Positions 1 to 10,821 are shown, counted from the first letter of the stretch. The stretch: 64,000 nt of DNA from an uncultured Clostridia bacterium (GCA_946415375.1 CAMKSF010000001.1:8867-72866), one strand, 5' to 3'. The notes: generated by a model from the letters alone, not told the origin. A program made the numbers and translations.

Positions 1-1799
1 TTTTTTATATCTTTTCTTTCATAAGTAGATTTAAACCAATCCTTGTTTATACTTGGATCAAAATAAGTCTCAATTATTGGAATAATTAAATCATATGTGT
101 TTTCAACAAACTCTTTATTATAATTACCATTTTTTGAAATAATAGAACCAACTGTATATCGATAACTTCTTTTTGTTTCTTCTTTTTTTATAGCATTGTC
201 TATATCTATCTTTCTATAATCTCTTCCAATGAAACCATATTTTTCGCAAAACTCTTTTAAAATATCTTTCCAATTTTCTGTATATCTCGCATGATCAAAA
301 CTAACTTTTACATAACAGTTATTATCTTCTTTAACTAATTCCCATACTTTGTGATTATTATAATAAATTATTACAGAATCTCTTCCATTTCCTCTAAAAC
401 ATAAAGCAAGTTTCTTATTTGGATTTTGTTTAACAAATTTTACAAACTCTGAAAACCTTCCATGCTTTAGTTCATATAGCATTTCATCAGATACTTTTCT
501 TGAATCTTCGTCCTTCAAATTTCTCACGTCTTTTGCTATATATTCACTTATGTTCAATTTGATTTTTTCTTTTAACCCATAACTTAACTTTAAATTTCTT
601 AATCCTTTTGCATTTTCTGTATGAATTGGAATTATTGCTTCTTGTGGATATACTGCATTGATAAATTTTTCTAAGTCTTTAGGATAAATATGACCACTTG
701 TATGCATTGGTATAGCTTTGTATTTTTTACAAAACTCAGCAATTTTTTCATTATATGCCTTATTTCTTTTTTTTAAGTAGCCATCCCACATTGAATATAT
801 TACAATAGGCTTTTCTTCCATATTTTTAAAACGTTCTATCCACTTTTCATATTTTTCATTAGCATTTATTAAGGTTACAAAACCATATTTCTTCATTCTA
901 TCTTCTTGTGTAATTATCTCTCCATTTTGCAATTTTGTTTCATAACCAAACATAACTGGCTCTATATTTTTAAAATTATACCAATCTGTTTTTTTTCCAG
1001 CTGTTTTGCTAAAAATCTCCAACTGATTAATCACATAACTATTTCCATACATTTTTTTATTTTGTCGTTGCCCTGCATGATAAAATGATGCTAAACTATC
1101 TAAATTTGTAGATGAACAAATTAAAAAAACATATTTATGATTTTTCATTAATTCAGTTGCATCTTTTAATAAATCCTTTTCTTTGTAATATTTTTCTCCA
1201 TTTCTTGAAAGCATGGTGCCTTCTGTTATCAATATATCTATTTTTCTTTTTCCAAATCTCTTAACATAGCTTTCTATTAAAGGAATAGTTTTATATCCAC
1301 GATATCCATGAAATCTAAAATCACCTGTATGCAAAATCACTTTATCCGGTGTCTCTATTAAAAACATATATGCATCATAAGCAGAATGATCTATTGAATA
1401 TGGAGTAACTTTTATATCCTCACCAACTTTTATTGTTTGATTTTCTACAAAAGTGATAACTCTTTCTTCATTATTTAATATGTCACACATTTTTTCATTT
1501 TTTATTGTTTTATTTATTTCAAGTAAAACTTCTTTTGCAGTTTTTCCTAAATACATCTTAACATTTTCTATTACATCTTGCATTCTTCCAACATGATCAC
1601 CATGATAGTGTGTGAAAAAAAGTGCATCATATGGTTTAGCTTTATTGTTAGTAAGCCCATCTATTCCCTTCTTCTCATTTTCATTATTTCCAGGTAAGTT
1701 TTCTCCAAAGTCGATACAAATTTTTGTTTTAGGTGTTTTAATACAAGTTATACATCCCCCAATTTGATTACCATTATATATATTTATTATAGTATTCAT
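1..1799 (-). CDS. MBL-fold metallo-hydrolase (beta-CASP/RNase J-like core) with an extra C-terminal domain; C-terminus lies beyond the window edge
   Basis: Absent from the ORF track because no stop is reached. Hand translation from ATG at 1799 (TGGAG RBS upstream): MNTIINIYNGNQIGGCITCIKTPKTKICIDFGENL...ALFFTHYHGDHVGRMQDV (HxHxDH zinc motif), later ILHTGDFRF and PMHTSGH. The frame stays open to position 1. Confidence 0.65.
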   Translation of the reverse strand, partial: MNTIINIYNGNQIGGCITCIKTPKTKICIDFGENLPGNNENEKKGIDGLTNNKAKPYDALFFTHYHGDHVGRMQDVIENVKMYLGKTAKEVLLEINKTIKNEKMCDILNNEERVITFVENQTIKVGEDIKVTPYSIDHSAYDAYMFLIETPDKVILHTGDFRFHGYRGYKTIPLIESYVKRFGKRKIDILITEGTMLSRNGEKYYKEKDLLKDATELMKNHKYVFLICSSTNLDSLASFYHAGQRQNKKMYGNSYVINQLEIFSKTAGKKTDWYNFKNIEPVMFGYETKLQNGEIITQEDRMKKYGFVTLINANEKYEKWIERFKNMEEKPIVIYSMWDGYLKKRNKAYNEKIAEFCKKYKAIPMHTSGHIYPKDLEKFINAVYPQEAIIPIHTENAKGLRNLKLSYGLKEKIKLNISEYIAKDVRNLKDEDSRKVSDEMLYELKHGRFSEFVKFVKQNPNKKLALCFRGNGRDSVIIYYNNHKVWELVKEDNNCYVKVSFDHARYTENWKDILKEFCEKYGFIGRDYRKIDIDNAIKKEETKRSYRYTVGSIISKNGNYNKEFVENTYDLIIPIIETYFDPSINKDWFKSTYERKDIK

Positions 1800-1857
1800 A
1801 TTTTACTCCATTTCTTAATATATTGCATCAATTCATGAAAATACCAAATTTAAAAAT

Positions 1858-2472
1858 TTAATTTCTTACTACTTTAGAATTTGTATTTGTTTTATTGTCA
1901 TTCATTTTGATTTCCTTTTTTGCTATTATATTATAAAAATGCCACTTTTTATTATCTGATTCTCTAACATATTCTATCTCATCAAGTTTCAACACTTTAT
2001 ATCTTTTTAAATATGCTTCTACTTCTTTTATTGTAAATGTATTAATCAATTCATTATCCTTCCATCCATCTCTGTCTCCAAATAATTGTCCCACAAAGTA
2101 TCCGTTTTCATTTATCGCATCGTAAATCTTATCCCATAATTCATCAAAATGTTTTGGATTACAAAATGGTATACTAAAAAAAGCTATAACTACATCTGTA
2201 CTTTCTAATTGAATGTTTTCAAAATCTTCTTCACAAAAAAATATATTCTCTTTTTCTTTGTCATTTAATCTTTCTAAAACAAAATTTTTATTAAGTTGTC
2301 TATCTATTGCTGTGACTTTAACTCTATTTTTTATCATATATACTGTTTCATTTCCACTTCCGCATCCTAAATCTATTGCATTATTAATCTTATACTTCTT
2401 TAGGAAATAAACTAAAAGTTTACTTACGCTATTATTATATGTTTTGTTTTGATATTCCAACCAATCTTTCAC
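1858..2472 (-). CDS. class I SAM-dependent methyltransferase
   Basis: 204-aa ORF. Motif I AIDLGCGSGNETVYM, followed by an acidic residue after beta-2 (VTAIDRQ); typical small MTase size. Confidence 0.75.
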   Translation of the reverse strand: MKDWLEYQNKTYNNSVSKLLVYFLKKYKINNAIDLGCGSGNETVYMIKNRVKVTAIDRQLNKNFVLERLNDKEKENIFFCEEDFENIQLESTDVVIAFFSIPFCNPKHFDELWDKIYDAINENGYFVGQLFGDRDGWKDNELINTFTIKEVEAYLKRYKVLKLDEIEYVRESDNKKWHFYNIIAKKEIKMNDNKTNTNSKVVRN

Positions 2473-2549
2473 TATTCACACCTTTTTTCTTCTATTAGTT
2501 TACTAGTCTATTATTATTTAAACATCTATATTGTTCATAATATTATTTT

Positions 2550-3206
2550 TTATACTATTTTATTTTGAATCTCTTTTAATTTATAAAATAGAATCTTTAC
2601 ATTCTCTATCTCTGATGTCTTAACAGTATACTTTCGCTTTTCTCTTTGTTCGCAATAATCTTTACATTCAGATATAGCAACACTTACATTTTGTGTATTA
2701 ACTCTATCTTCACATACTTTTAAAGCTGTATTAATATATCCACATATTGCACAAGCCATCATTGCTCTAAAATACGAGGTTTCATTTAAAGAAGATGCCT
2801 TATATAATTCCTTTGCAAAATCATCGTCTATCTTTCTTGGGTTTCTTAGAATCATCTTATCACAAACATATATGCCACTATCACTTATTGTCTTATATAA
2901 TTTTCCATCTTCAGGAATTATAACTTCGCACAACGAATCACCCCTAATTAGCCATCTAAAGCAGCAATTATATGTTGTGACACAGAATCCACCCATTTCA
3001 GTATTGTCTAATGCATTTAAATTAATTTCTTTATTTGCAACAACCACTTCATCTATTGGAAATCTATTACCATCTCTATATTCTTTTATTGTTTGTATAA
3101 CTTTATAATACTTCCTATTTTTATCAGCTTCACATTCAAACAACTTACCTAACATTTTTTTCATCTCCAAAAAACGATATTTTTTCTTTTTCATAACGTA
3201 TTGCAT
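2550..3206 (-). CDS. hypothetical Cys-rich protein
   Basis: 218-aa ORF in an AT-rich, stop-rich background. Block GGFCVTTYNCCFRWLIRGDSLCEVIIPEDGKLYK. No family I can name with confidence; start codon uncertain. Confidence 0.45.
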   Translation of the reverse strand: MQYVMKKKKYRFLEMKKMLGKLFECEADKNRKYYKVIQTIKEYRDGNRFPIDEVVVANKEINLNALDNTEMGGFCVTTYNCCFRWLIRGDSLCEVIIPEDGKLYKTISDSGIYVCDKMILRNPRKIDDDFAKELYKASSLNETSYFRAMMACAICGYINTALKVCEDRVNTQNVSVAISECKDYCEQREKRKYTVKTSEIENVKILFYKLKEIQNKIV

Positions 3207-3233
3207 TATTATATATATAAATATCTTTAATTA

Positions 3234-3842
3234 TTATTGTTCTATTAAATTATTTGCTAAAAACTCTACTACATCGCTTTCATCTTCATGAATCAAAACT
3301 TTGTCCTCTTCTGTTATATCAGTAAAATACTTATTTAGTTTTTTATTTATAGATATTGTATCTAAAGGATACCCTGGTCTTATTTTATTTGAAGGGGTAT
3401 CTACCATATAAAAATCCTCCTTACTCCATGAATATGTACTTTCTTTTCCGTTATTAATAACAGCTATTCCATATACATATCTGCATGTAAGCTTACCATT
3501 AGTTCCATATATCCTTGCTAAATTTGAATAATACTCTATCATTTCATCGTCATTTAATTTTTTTCCATTAACTCGTCTAACATACATACCTGGTTGTTTT
3601 TCTTTTGGAACATTTTCCATATATAAAGTATCATCCATTGCAAATACCGGTAAACTCGTAATTTTAGAATATGCTCTAGCTTTTATTAATGCATTATCTA
3701 TTGCATTTTTCCCATTTTCTACTATTTCAATTTCTTCATTAATATCTTTTATTGTTAATACTTCTATTCCTCTCTCTTTTAATCCATTTGTAAATCTTTT
3801 AGCTTTTGTTTGATTTCCTGTTGCAAATAATACTTTTTTCAT
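3234..3842 (-). CDS. Ham1/RdgB-like non-canonical purine NTP pyrophosphatase family protein
   Basis: N-terminus MKKVLFATGNQTKAKRF matches the ATGNxxK signature of the Ham1/RdgB family. 202 aa. Confidence 0.55.
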   Translation of the reverse strand: MKKVLFATGNQTKAKRFTNGLKERGIEVLTIKDINEEIEIVENGKNAIDNALIKARAYSKITSLPVFAMDDTLYMENVPKEKQPGMYVRRVNGKKLNDDEMIEYYSNLARIYGTNGKLTCRYVYGIAVINNGKESTYSWSKEDFYMVDTPSNKIRPGYPLDTISINKKLNKYFTDITEEDKVLIHEDESDVVEFLANNLIEQ

Positions 3843-3971
3843 TATTTATTCCTCTCTTTACTATATTACTAGTCATTATTTTAACACAAAAGCAAGTAAT
3901 TTTCAATAAATTACTTGCTTTATACTTTATATTTTACTAAATAACTATTTGTAAAAGAATATCATCCGCTT

Positions 3972-4454
3972 TTACAAGGTTCTATATTGGTTCTTATCAG
4001 CTCTTTCATCCATTTCTCTATCATATTTATCATTATTAAAATACCAATCTGTTTTATTATCTGTAAAGTGTTTGGCTGTTACTTTTTGAACTGCAATGTC
4101 TATTATTATACAAAGTGCAATTACAATTCCTAAAATTCCTGCAACAGAATTTTGAAGCACCATCATGTCTACTCCTGATTCACTTGATAGAGATGGAATA
4201 AGATTATTTATTATATAACCACCAAAATAGATAGAATATGCAACTAAATATATTATTCCTCCCCAGATTACTCTTTTCATTATTAATATAAAACAAAAGA
4301 TTGTTAAAAATAATAATACAATTTCAAAAGTTAAATCAAAAACTATAAACCCTCCAAAGTCTCCACCAAACTGTGCCGATAAAGTTACTGCTATTCTAAA
4401 AATCCAAAACATCCCTAAAAGAAATACTAATAACCAACTTGCAACATTTTTCAT
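3972..4454 (-). CDS. integral membrane protein (about 4 TM), unknown function
   Basis: Hydrophobic segments throughout. Start moved to the internal ATG (MKNVASWLLVF...), which is preceded by GAAAGGA. The track ORF extends to 4499. Confidence 0.5.
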   Translation of the reverse strand: MKNVASWLLVFLLGMFWIFRIAVTLSAQFGGDFGGFIVFDLTFEIVLLFLTIFCFILIMKRVIWGGIIYLVAYSIYFGGYIINNLIPSLSSESGVDMMVLQNSVAGILGIVIALCIIIDIAVQKVTAKHFTDNKTDWYFNNDKYDREMDERADKNQYRTL

Positions 4455-4538
4455 ATAATTCATCCTTTCCGTGTTAATTATAAAAAAATGGCAATTCAAA
4501 CCACATTGCCATTTATGCTCCTTTGGTAAGGAACTTTT

Positions 4539-4841
4539 TTAATCTTCATCAACAAAATTAAATTCATCTTTAAATTTTTCTTTAAAAATGTTAAATACCT
4601 TCATTAATACTTCCTCATCATCAACGCTTACATAAGATTCTTCATCAGAGTCTTCATCTGTGTCTTCTAATTTAAGAATTACTACTTCGCCCTCTTCTTC
4701 TTCCCCTTCTGCCAATGGTAAAAGCACTACATATTGTTCATCATCTAAATCTACTAAATCTAAGAATTCAAATTTTACTTCTTCTCCATTTTCATTATTT
4801 AGAACAATTATATTGTCTACTCCCTCCATATTTTCATCCAT
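4539..4841 (-). CDS. DUF1292 (YrzB-like) acidic protein
   Basis: IVLNNENGEEVKFEFLDLVDLDDEQYVVLLP...EVVILK pattern. Sits in the conserved position downstream of ruvX, as in other Firmicutes. Confidence 0.8.
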   Translation of the reverse strand: MDENMEGVDNIIVLNNENGEEVKFEFLDLVDLDDEQYVVLLPLAEGEEEEGEVVILKLEDTDEDSDEESYVSVDDEEVLMKVFNIFKEKFKDEFNFVDED

Positions 4842-4894
4842 TTATTTTTTCTCCTTTCTTTCTATCATTTATATTTTTAAAATTAATAACTGAT

Positions 4895-5308
4895 TTATTT
4901 TTTGTTTACATATGTTTCTAAAATATATACTGCAGATATAGTATCTACTATATTTTTCTTTTTATGCTTATTTATTTCTAATAAGTTCATAGTTTTATGT
5001 GCAGCGACTGTTGTAAGTCTTTCATCAATCCATTCGATTTTTAATTTGTTATATTTACACTTTAATTTATGTATAAACTTTTCTGTTTTTATAGCCCTTT
5101 CTGATTTATCTCCACTTAGCATAAAAGGCATTCCAACAACAATTGTGTCTATTTCATATGTTGTACAATATTCATCAATTTTTTTTAAAATAAGTTTATC
5201 GTTCCCATTAGTCTCTAATGTTTCTAACCCTTGTACAGTTATATTAAGTGCATCGGTAATCGCAAATCCACATCTGCTATCTCCATAATCTATTCCCAAA
5301 GTTCTCAT
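4895..5308 (-). CDS. ruvX: Holliday-junction resolvase-like nuclease RuvX (YqgF)
   Basis: [20 protein letters not shown]-terminus and 137 aa length are typical of YqgF. Overlaps the upstream ireB-like gene by 4 nt. Confidence 0.85.
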   Translation of the reverse strand: MRTLGIDYGDSRCGFAITDALNITVQGLETLETNGNDKLILKKIDEYCTTYEIDTIVVGMPFMLSGDKSERAIKTEKFIHKLKCKYNKLKIEWIDERLTTVAAHKTMNLLEINKHKKKNIVDTISAVYILETYVNKK

Positions 5309-5562
5309 TGCTCATCTATTCCTATATAGAATTTAACAAGCTTTTCAAGTAATTCGTCTCTTTCAATTGCTCTTATTTTGTTTCGAGCATCATTATGGCT
5401 AGTAATATATGTTGGATCACCTGATAAAATATATCCCACTAATTGATTTATTGGATTATAGCCTTTTTCTAATAAAGCATCATATACTTCTTTTAATATT
5501 TTTTTACTGTCAGCATCTTTTTCTCTTTCAAATTTGAAATTCATTGTTTTGTCAAAATTCAT
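5305..5562 (-). CDS. IreB-family regulatory phosphoprotein (UPF0297/DUF965)
   Basis: [43 protein letters not shown] is the hallmark UPF0297 block. 85 aa. Confidence 0.8.
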   Translation of the reverse strand: MNFDKTMNFKFEREKDADSKKILKEVYDALLEKGYNPINQLVGYILSGDPTYITSHNDARNKIRAIERDELLEKLVKFYIGIDEQ

Positions 5563-5573
5563 ATATTTCCTCC

Positions 5574-6707
5574 TTAAATACTATTTACTTCATTTACATT
5601 ATGATTTTCATCATCTATATATGACTCTAGCGCCTTTAATACTGTTTCCATTCCTGTTCCCTTATAGTATGTTGATATAACAAATCCTAATGTTGGTGAA
5701 ACAGATATATTTTCTTTTCTTTTTCTTTTTGGAGTTCTTTTACTACTATCAAGTTCTTCCACAGAATAATCTTCGTTATATAATTTAATGTCTAATTTTT
5801 CAGCAGATTCCTTTAATTCATTTATAAACTCAGATGCAGAATTAGTATCAATTCCACAAAAAACTATTACAAATTTCGGTCCCATATATCTTACAAAAAT
5901 ATAGTTATCTGAGATACTTCTTTTTATAAAATCGCTTATATGTGTAATTACTTTATTACCGAGTTCTCTTGAAATCTTGTTTATCTCTACAATATTTGTA
6001 ATCTTAAACATACAAACGGCAGATGATATAAACTGGTCGACTTTCTTTTTACCTTCTCCATATAAATACTCTGCTGAATCTAGGCCTGAGTACAAATCTT
6101 TTCTAACTAAACTTTCTAGAGTTTTTTGGTAATTTACTGATTTCATAGCTGAAATCATATTCTCTTTTGCAGTTTCAAATACTGTTATATCTATATTGTC
6201 AAAATCATGCGGCGTACCGCTTTCAATTAACCAATATCCTATATAAACATTATCTATATAGAGAGGAAAAAACACTGCTGACTTTGCTCTTCCAAATTCA
6301 AGCTTTTGATATGGAAGTTTTTCTCTTTCATTGTTTACTGTTATATATTTGGGATTTGTAGTTTCGATACTGTCTTTAAATATATCTAATTCATGTAAAG
6401 ATGATAGTGTGTCCCAATGTTTTCTATCAACATTAGATGCTCTTATTGTATAATTGGCACCATCAAATATTACTATAGTTGAATATTTTACTTCATATTT
6501 TTCTATTATAACATTATTTATTTCTTTTATTTTATTATCAACAGGAATATCACTACCAGCTATATTTATAAAATCTTGTATGATATTCAAGTTTGTAACT
6601 TTTTGATGTAGATTTTGAAAGTCTTGAATCTTCCTGTGTATTGACATATTATATATTGTTAATACTGCTATAATAAAAACTAAAATAATTATTATTGCTA
6701 TTGCCAA
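5574..6707 (-). CDS. membrane-anchored GGDEF-like protein with a degenerate active site
   Basis: N-terminal TM helix. The C-terminal region aligns by eye to a GGDEF domain: DLYSGL for DxLTGL, and [13 protein letters not shown] where RYGGDEFvil is expected. The catalytic GGDEF is replaced by MGPKF. Confidence 0.5.
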   Translation of the reverse strand: MAIAIIIILVFIIAVLTIYNMSIHRKIQDFQNLHQKVTNLNIIQDFINIAGSDIPVDNKIKEINNVIIEKYEVKYSTIVIFDGANYTIRASNVDRKHWDTLSSLHELDIFKDSIETTNPKYITVNNEREKLPYQKLEFGRAKSAVFFPLYIDNVYIGYWLIESGTPHDFDNIDITVFETAKENMISAMKSVNYQKTLESLVRKDLYSGLDSAEYLYGEGKKKVDQFISSAVCMFKITNIVEINKISRELGNKVITHISDFIKRSISDNYIFVRYMGPKFVIVFCGIDTNSASEFINELKESAEKLDIKLYNEDYSVEELDSSKRTPKRKRKENISVSPTLGFVISTYYKGTGMETVLKALESYIDDENHNVNEVNSI

Positions 6708-6723
6708 TTTTATTACCTCCGTT

Positions 6724-9132
6724 TTAATATTTTTTCCTCATATTGTTTAAAGTATTGTTTACATTATCTGAAAATCCACTTGTATACCCATTTGAATATT
6801 GATTTCCTCCATTCGGAGTTTCTTTTGTTTTTCTTGCTGGTAATAATGGATATATAATATTTGATAATTTATTTAACAGATTTTGAAAATCTTTAGGATA
6901 TTTGCTTACAGAAATATTACATTCAGCTAATCCTTCTAGATATTTTGCATATACCTCCATATCAAATGGTATTTCTATTGGTATAATTGCATTTCTATCA
7001 AATAATTCAGTCATCATAGACATTTCTGGGTTATTATACCTTGACATTCCCCCAACAATTTTTTTAGCAGTTATTCCTCTAAGTCTTACTGCCTTATTAA
7101 TTACAATTCTTAATTTTCGTTGCTCTAATATTTCTCTATTTTTTAATTCTTTTAAGAAAGCTGTTAGAGGTTGTATTGTTAGTACATCCATACTTTGAAT
7201 TAAATAAATCTCTTGCGCTTTTTCAAAATACTCAAAAGGTGTTGAAAAATCACAGTCTAATAATGTTGCAGAATGATTCTGTACCAAATTTTCTAATATT
7301 GGACCAACTTCATTTATTCTTGTATTGTCTTGGCCTGGTATTTCAACATATACAGAAAGATTCTTAGCTACTCTCATTCCTCCAGGTTGTCCTTGAATTA
7401 ATCTTTCTATGCTGTTTGCAGCATCATTTCTTAAGCTATCATCATTATCATTATAAATATAGTATGAATTTTTATTATGTGTAGTATCTAAGATAGCTGT
7501 GTTAATGCCATTGTCTGAAAGTACTTTTGCAATATTATTCACAATAAATGATGTACCATTTTTACTTGTTCCAACAAATGCAATTACTTTTCTCTCACTT
7601 GAAAGCAAATTATTATAGTTTGTATAATCATACTCATCATTTGATTGATTGTAGCTTTGCATTTCCATTTTAGGAATTTGGTTATTTTCTATTCCATAAT
7701 TATATTCTTTTGATTCAACATTATTTTTATAATTTGTATTATAATTTTGACTTTCAAAAGGATCTTCTTCAATACTTCTTTCGTTTTTCTCATTTTCTTC
7801 ATTTTCGACTTCATTATAATCTAAACTATCTCTATCTTCATTATATAAACTTCCTATGTCATCTTTATTTGTATCTTCATAGTTGTCTATATCCTCATTT
7901 TCTTCTTCATCTTCAAATCCTGGTAAAACATCTTCAATTATAGGTTTTGGCCTTAGAAGGTTTTCATTTATAGGTTTAAGTTTTTCTTGGCTATTTATTT
8001 CTTCCTCTGGCTCGTCGTTAATTCCAGGTAAACTATCTATATCTAAATCTGATATATCTACTTGTCTATTTTCTATATCTTCTTCATCAGAAATTCTATG
8101 AGGAGTAGCAATCTTTCTCTTTGTTTTTTCAGTATTATCTTCTACTGATTTTTTTGAAGGTCTACCTCTTTTTTTAGAAGGCTGTTCTTGCACTTCTTCT
8201 TTTTTAATTCTTTCTTCATAGTCGTCCTCGAAATCATCATCGTCATCTTCATCATATTCTGTTATTGATATGGGTTTTTTTATAGTTACTTTCTTTATAA
8301 TGTTCTTATCTAAAGAAGAAGGTATTATAATTTGCTTTTTACTATTCTTTTTAGAATCCAATAGTTTTTCACTTGTGGGCTCTGTTTCTTCTATAGGTCT
8401 ATATTTTGACTTTGTTGTCCTTGGACTAATTGTTTTTTTGTCAGGAACAAATTTCTGATATTCTGTTGATACATCTTGAAGTATATCTTTTACATTTTTT
8501 GGTAAAATAGCAATAATGATTTTCATTTGTTTTTCGTTATACTGTGAAGCGATCTTTTTGAAACATTCATCATATTTATCTGCATTTCTTCCTAATTTTT
8601 TGAAATAACTTAATATATGTTGCATTTCTTCTTCACTAACATCATTTTCATCTTCAGGATCATACTCAACATTTTTAGAGTCGATTTTATAGTAATTTTT
8701 AGCATCTTTTTTTGAACGTGGTGAATTAATAAGTCTACAAACTTCATCTGTACTTCTATCATTTCCAACGATTGCATTATATATTCCAATACCAAATAGT
8801 TTAACTAATATTTCATCAGATTTAATTCTTCTTTCTGTACAAATTAATATTATTGGTATATCCTTTCCTTTTGTGCTAGAAGCCTCATCTGTAATACTAT
8901 CAAGTTTATTAAATACAAATCTATCTTTTTCTTCATAACTCGTACTGGTAAATTCTTCTAAATCTTCGTCTATTATAATTCTATCATACGATTTATCTCT
9001 TTGAATTTCTTTTAAAATAGCATTAAAATAATATACATTTTTATATGAGATAATCTCTTTATATTCTTTTTGATATTTCTTCACAATTGACAAAGACACC
9101 TTTTCATCATGTACTGCAAACAATACTTTCAT
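6724..9132 (-). CDS. multidomain protein: receiver-like N-terminus, long acidic low-complexity linker with an AT-hook, C-terminal ParA/MinD-like domain with a degenerate P-loop
   Basis: 802 aa. The N-terminus has CheY-like alternating beta/alpha character (MKVLFAVHDE...RIIIDEDL...IPIILIC). KKRGRPSKK at aa 320-328 (nt about 8158-8169 for RGRP). C-terminal VIAFVGTSKNGTSFIVNNIAKVLSDNGINTAILD resembles a deviant Walker A but lacks the GK[ST] lysine. Confidence 0.5.
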   Translation of the reverse strand: MKVLFAVHDEKVSLSIVKKYQKEYKEIISYKNVYYFNAILKEIQRDKSYDRIIIDEDLEEFTSTSYEEKDRFVFNKLDSITDEASSTKGKDIPIILICTERRIKSDEILVKLFGIGIYNAIVGNDRSTDEVCRLINSPRSKKDAKNYYKIDSKNVEYDPEDENDVSEEEMQHILSYFKKLGRNADKYDECFKKIASQYNEKQMKIIIAILPKNVKDILQDVSTEYQKFVPDKKTISPRTTKSKYRPIEETEPTSEKLLDSKKNSKKQIIIPSSLDKNIIKKVTIKKPISITEYDEDDDDDFEDDYEERIKKEEVQEQPSKKRGRPSKKSVEDNTEKTKRKIATPHRISDEEDIENRQVDISDLDIDSLPGINDEPEEEINSQEKLKPINENLLRPKPIIEDVLPGFEDEEENEDIDNYEDTNKDDIGSLYNEDRDSLDYNEVENEENEKNERSIEEDPFESQNYNTNYKNNVESKEYNYGIENNQIPKMEMQSYNQSNDEYDYTNYNNLLSSERKVIAFVGTSKNGTSFIVNNIAKVLSDNGINTAILDTTHNKNSYYIYNDNDDSLRNDAANSIERLIQGQPGGMRVAKNLSVYVEIPGQDNTRINEVGPILENLVQNHSATLLDCDFSTPFEYFEKAQEIYLIQSMDVLTIQPLTAFLKELKNREILEQRKLRIVINKAVRLRGITAKKIVGGMSRYNNPEMSMMTELFDRNAIIPIEIPFDMEVYAKYLEGLAECNISVSKYPKDFQNLLNKLSNIIYPLLPARKTKETPNGGNQYSNGYTSGFSDNVNNTLNNMRKKY

Positions 9133-9139
9133 TTGTTAT

Positions 9140-9562
9140 TTACTCCCTTCCCAATTTAACTACTAAGGCAAATACTAATGGTAATACCTGGCATATTATT
9201 GTTAAAGTTACAACTGCTACTATCATACCAAGTCCCTTTTCTGCATTTTCTAAATGTCTAGCACCTATAATTCTGTATATAGTACTAATTATTATTCCTA
9301 AAAAGCAAAATGGAATACTGTATACTTGAACCACATGTAAAACATATGCAGTGAATCCATAGCTGTCTGACCCATATTTTGCTTTATATTCTTCTAATGA
9401 TTTTGCTTGATTTTCTTTTAATTCTATTAAATTTCCTTGTTCTCTTGTAACTTCACTTACTAAACTATTATTATCTTCTGCATATACCTTTGTAGTAAAA
9501 ATACTAAAACAAATAACTAAAAATAATAAAACTATAGCAAACACTACAATTGCTTTTTTCAT
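9140..9562 (-). CDS. small secreted/membrane protein (signal peptide plus 2 C-terminal TM helices)
   Basis: Start set at MKKAIVVFAIVLLFLV, which is preceded by AGAGGAGGAAA. Signal-peptide-like N-terminus ending VYAEDN, then two hydrophobic helices. Confidence 0.55.
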   Translation of the reverse strand: MKKAIVVFAIVLLFLVICFSIFTTKVYAEDNNSLVSEVTREQGNLIELKENQAKSLEEYKAKYGSDSYGFTAYVLHVVQVYSIPFCFLGIIISTIYRIIGARHLENAEKGLGMIVAVVTLTIICQVLPLVFALVVKLGRE

Positions 9563-9693
9563 TATATTTCCTCCTCTTTTTATTTCTCCATATATTTTAA
9601 CCTTTTTTACTCTTATATCATACAATATATTTAAAAAAATAGCAAGGATTATTTCAAATTTTTTATTATTTTTTTATAATCCTTACTATTTTT

Positions 9694-10683
9694 TTATTTT
9701 AGTTTATTGTATAAATACTGCATGTGAGAATACACTCCATTTGCCCAGTGTTTATCTGTTGCATATCTTTTATTTACAGCTGATAAAGTATTTCCACTAT
9801 AATATTTACCATTAGCTGTTTGTCCATCATATATTTTTGCACCCTTTGGATTCAAATAGAATTTTACAAATACTCTTGAAACAAGGTCTATTGCCTCTGC
9901 ATAATCATCAAAAGTATAAGCTCCATTATATGGATTAGAATCATATGCTCCATATCCAAACAAATTGTTTTTATTACGTGCAATTCTTGATGTTCCCCAC
10001 GCACTTTCATGAATTCCAACTGCTGCAACAAACATTCCATTAATGTTATACTGTTTTTCTATGTAATAAAAATACTTTGCATTTTTCTCAAATATTTTAT
10101 TTTTATCTTTTGAATCTGTAAGTGCTTTTGTAAATTGTTCTAATGTAAATCCACTTGGTTTGTTGAGTGCAATATTAAAATTTAAACTTCCATTAGTACT
10201 ACCTATTAGAACTTTTGACTTAGGTTTAACATATTTTTTAGTTCCTATATCAATAACCTTGTTAATAGATGATTTAACTACAACTGCTGACACCTGTTCT
10301 TCTTTTATTAGCTTTCCATTTTCATCATATACTTTTTTTGTTGTAATTGCTTGTATTCCATTTTTTCCTTCCTGTGCAATCGCTGTTTTACCAATATATA
10401 GATTATCATTATTTCTATATTTTGTTATGTATTCTAATTCTTCTTGATGAACTATTATTTCTTCTCTATATCCATTGTTTTTCGAGTTTTTTTCGATAAT
10501 TTCATCTAAATTAATCGTCTCAGCACTACTAATTATTAGATTATTATTTTGGTATTTTTCTAGTGTTTCATATGCATATGTAATTTTCTCATTTTTTTGA
10601 ATTAATACAAGTATTATTAATATTATCCCTAGTATTAACAATCCTGTTAGATACTTATATACTTGTTTTTCTTTTGCCTTCAT
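9694..10683 (-). CDS. membrane-anchored G5-domain / mannosyl-glycoprotein endo-beta-N-acetylglucosaminidase
   Basis: TM anchor. G5-like stretch ending VVKSSINKVIDIGTKK. C-terminal glucosaminidase block GIHESAWGTSRIARNKNNLFGYGAYD. Confidence 0.75.
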   Translation of the reverse strand: MKAKEKQVYKYLTGLLILGIILIILVLIQKNEKITYAYETLEKYQNNNLIISSAETINLDEIIEKNSKNNGYREEIIVHQEELEYITKYRNNDNLYIGKTAIAQEGKNGIQAITTKKVYDENGKLIKEEQVSAVVVKSSINKVIDIGTKKYVKPKSKVLIGSTNGSLNFNIALNKPSGFTLEQFTKALTDSKDKNKIFEKNAKYFYYIEKQYNINGMFVAAVGIHESAWGTSRIARNKNNLFGYGAYDSNPYNGAYTFDDYAEAIDLVSRVFVKFYLNPKGAKIYDGQTANGKYYSGNTLSAVNKRYATDKHWANGVYSHMQYLYNKLK

Positions 10684-10821
10684 ATTTTTCCTCTCTTAAT
10701 TCAACATTTTTTATTCTTTATAAAATAATTTTAGTATTTAAAGACTTTTTTGTCAAGCGAATTTTTACCAAATTTGCAATAAAAAAGGACTTACAAATTA
10801 ACACTCGTAAGACCTTATAAT

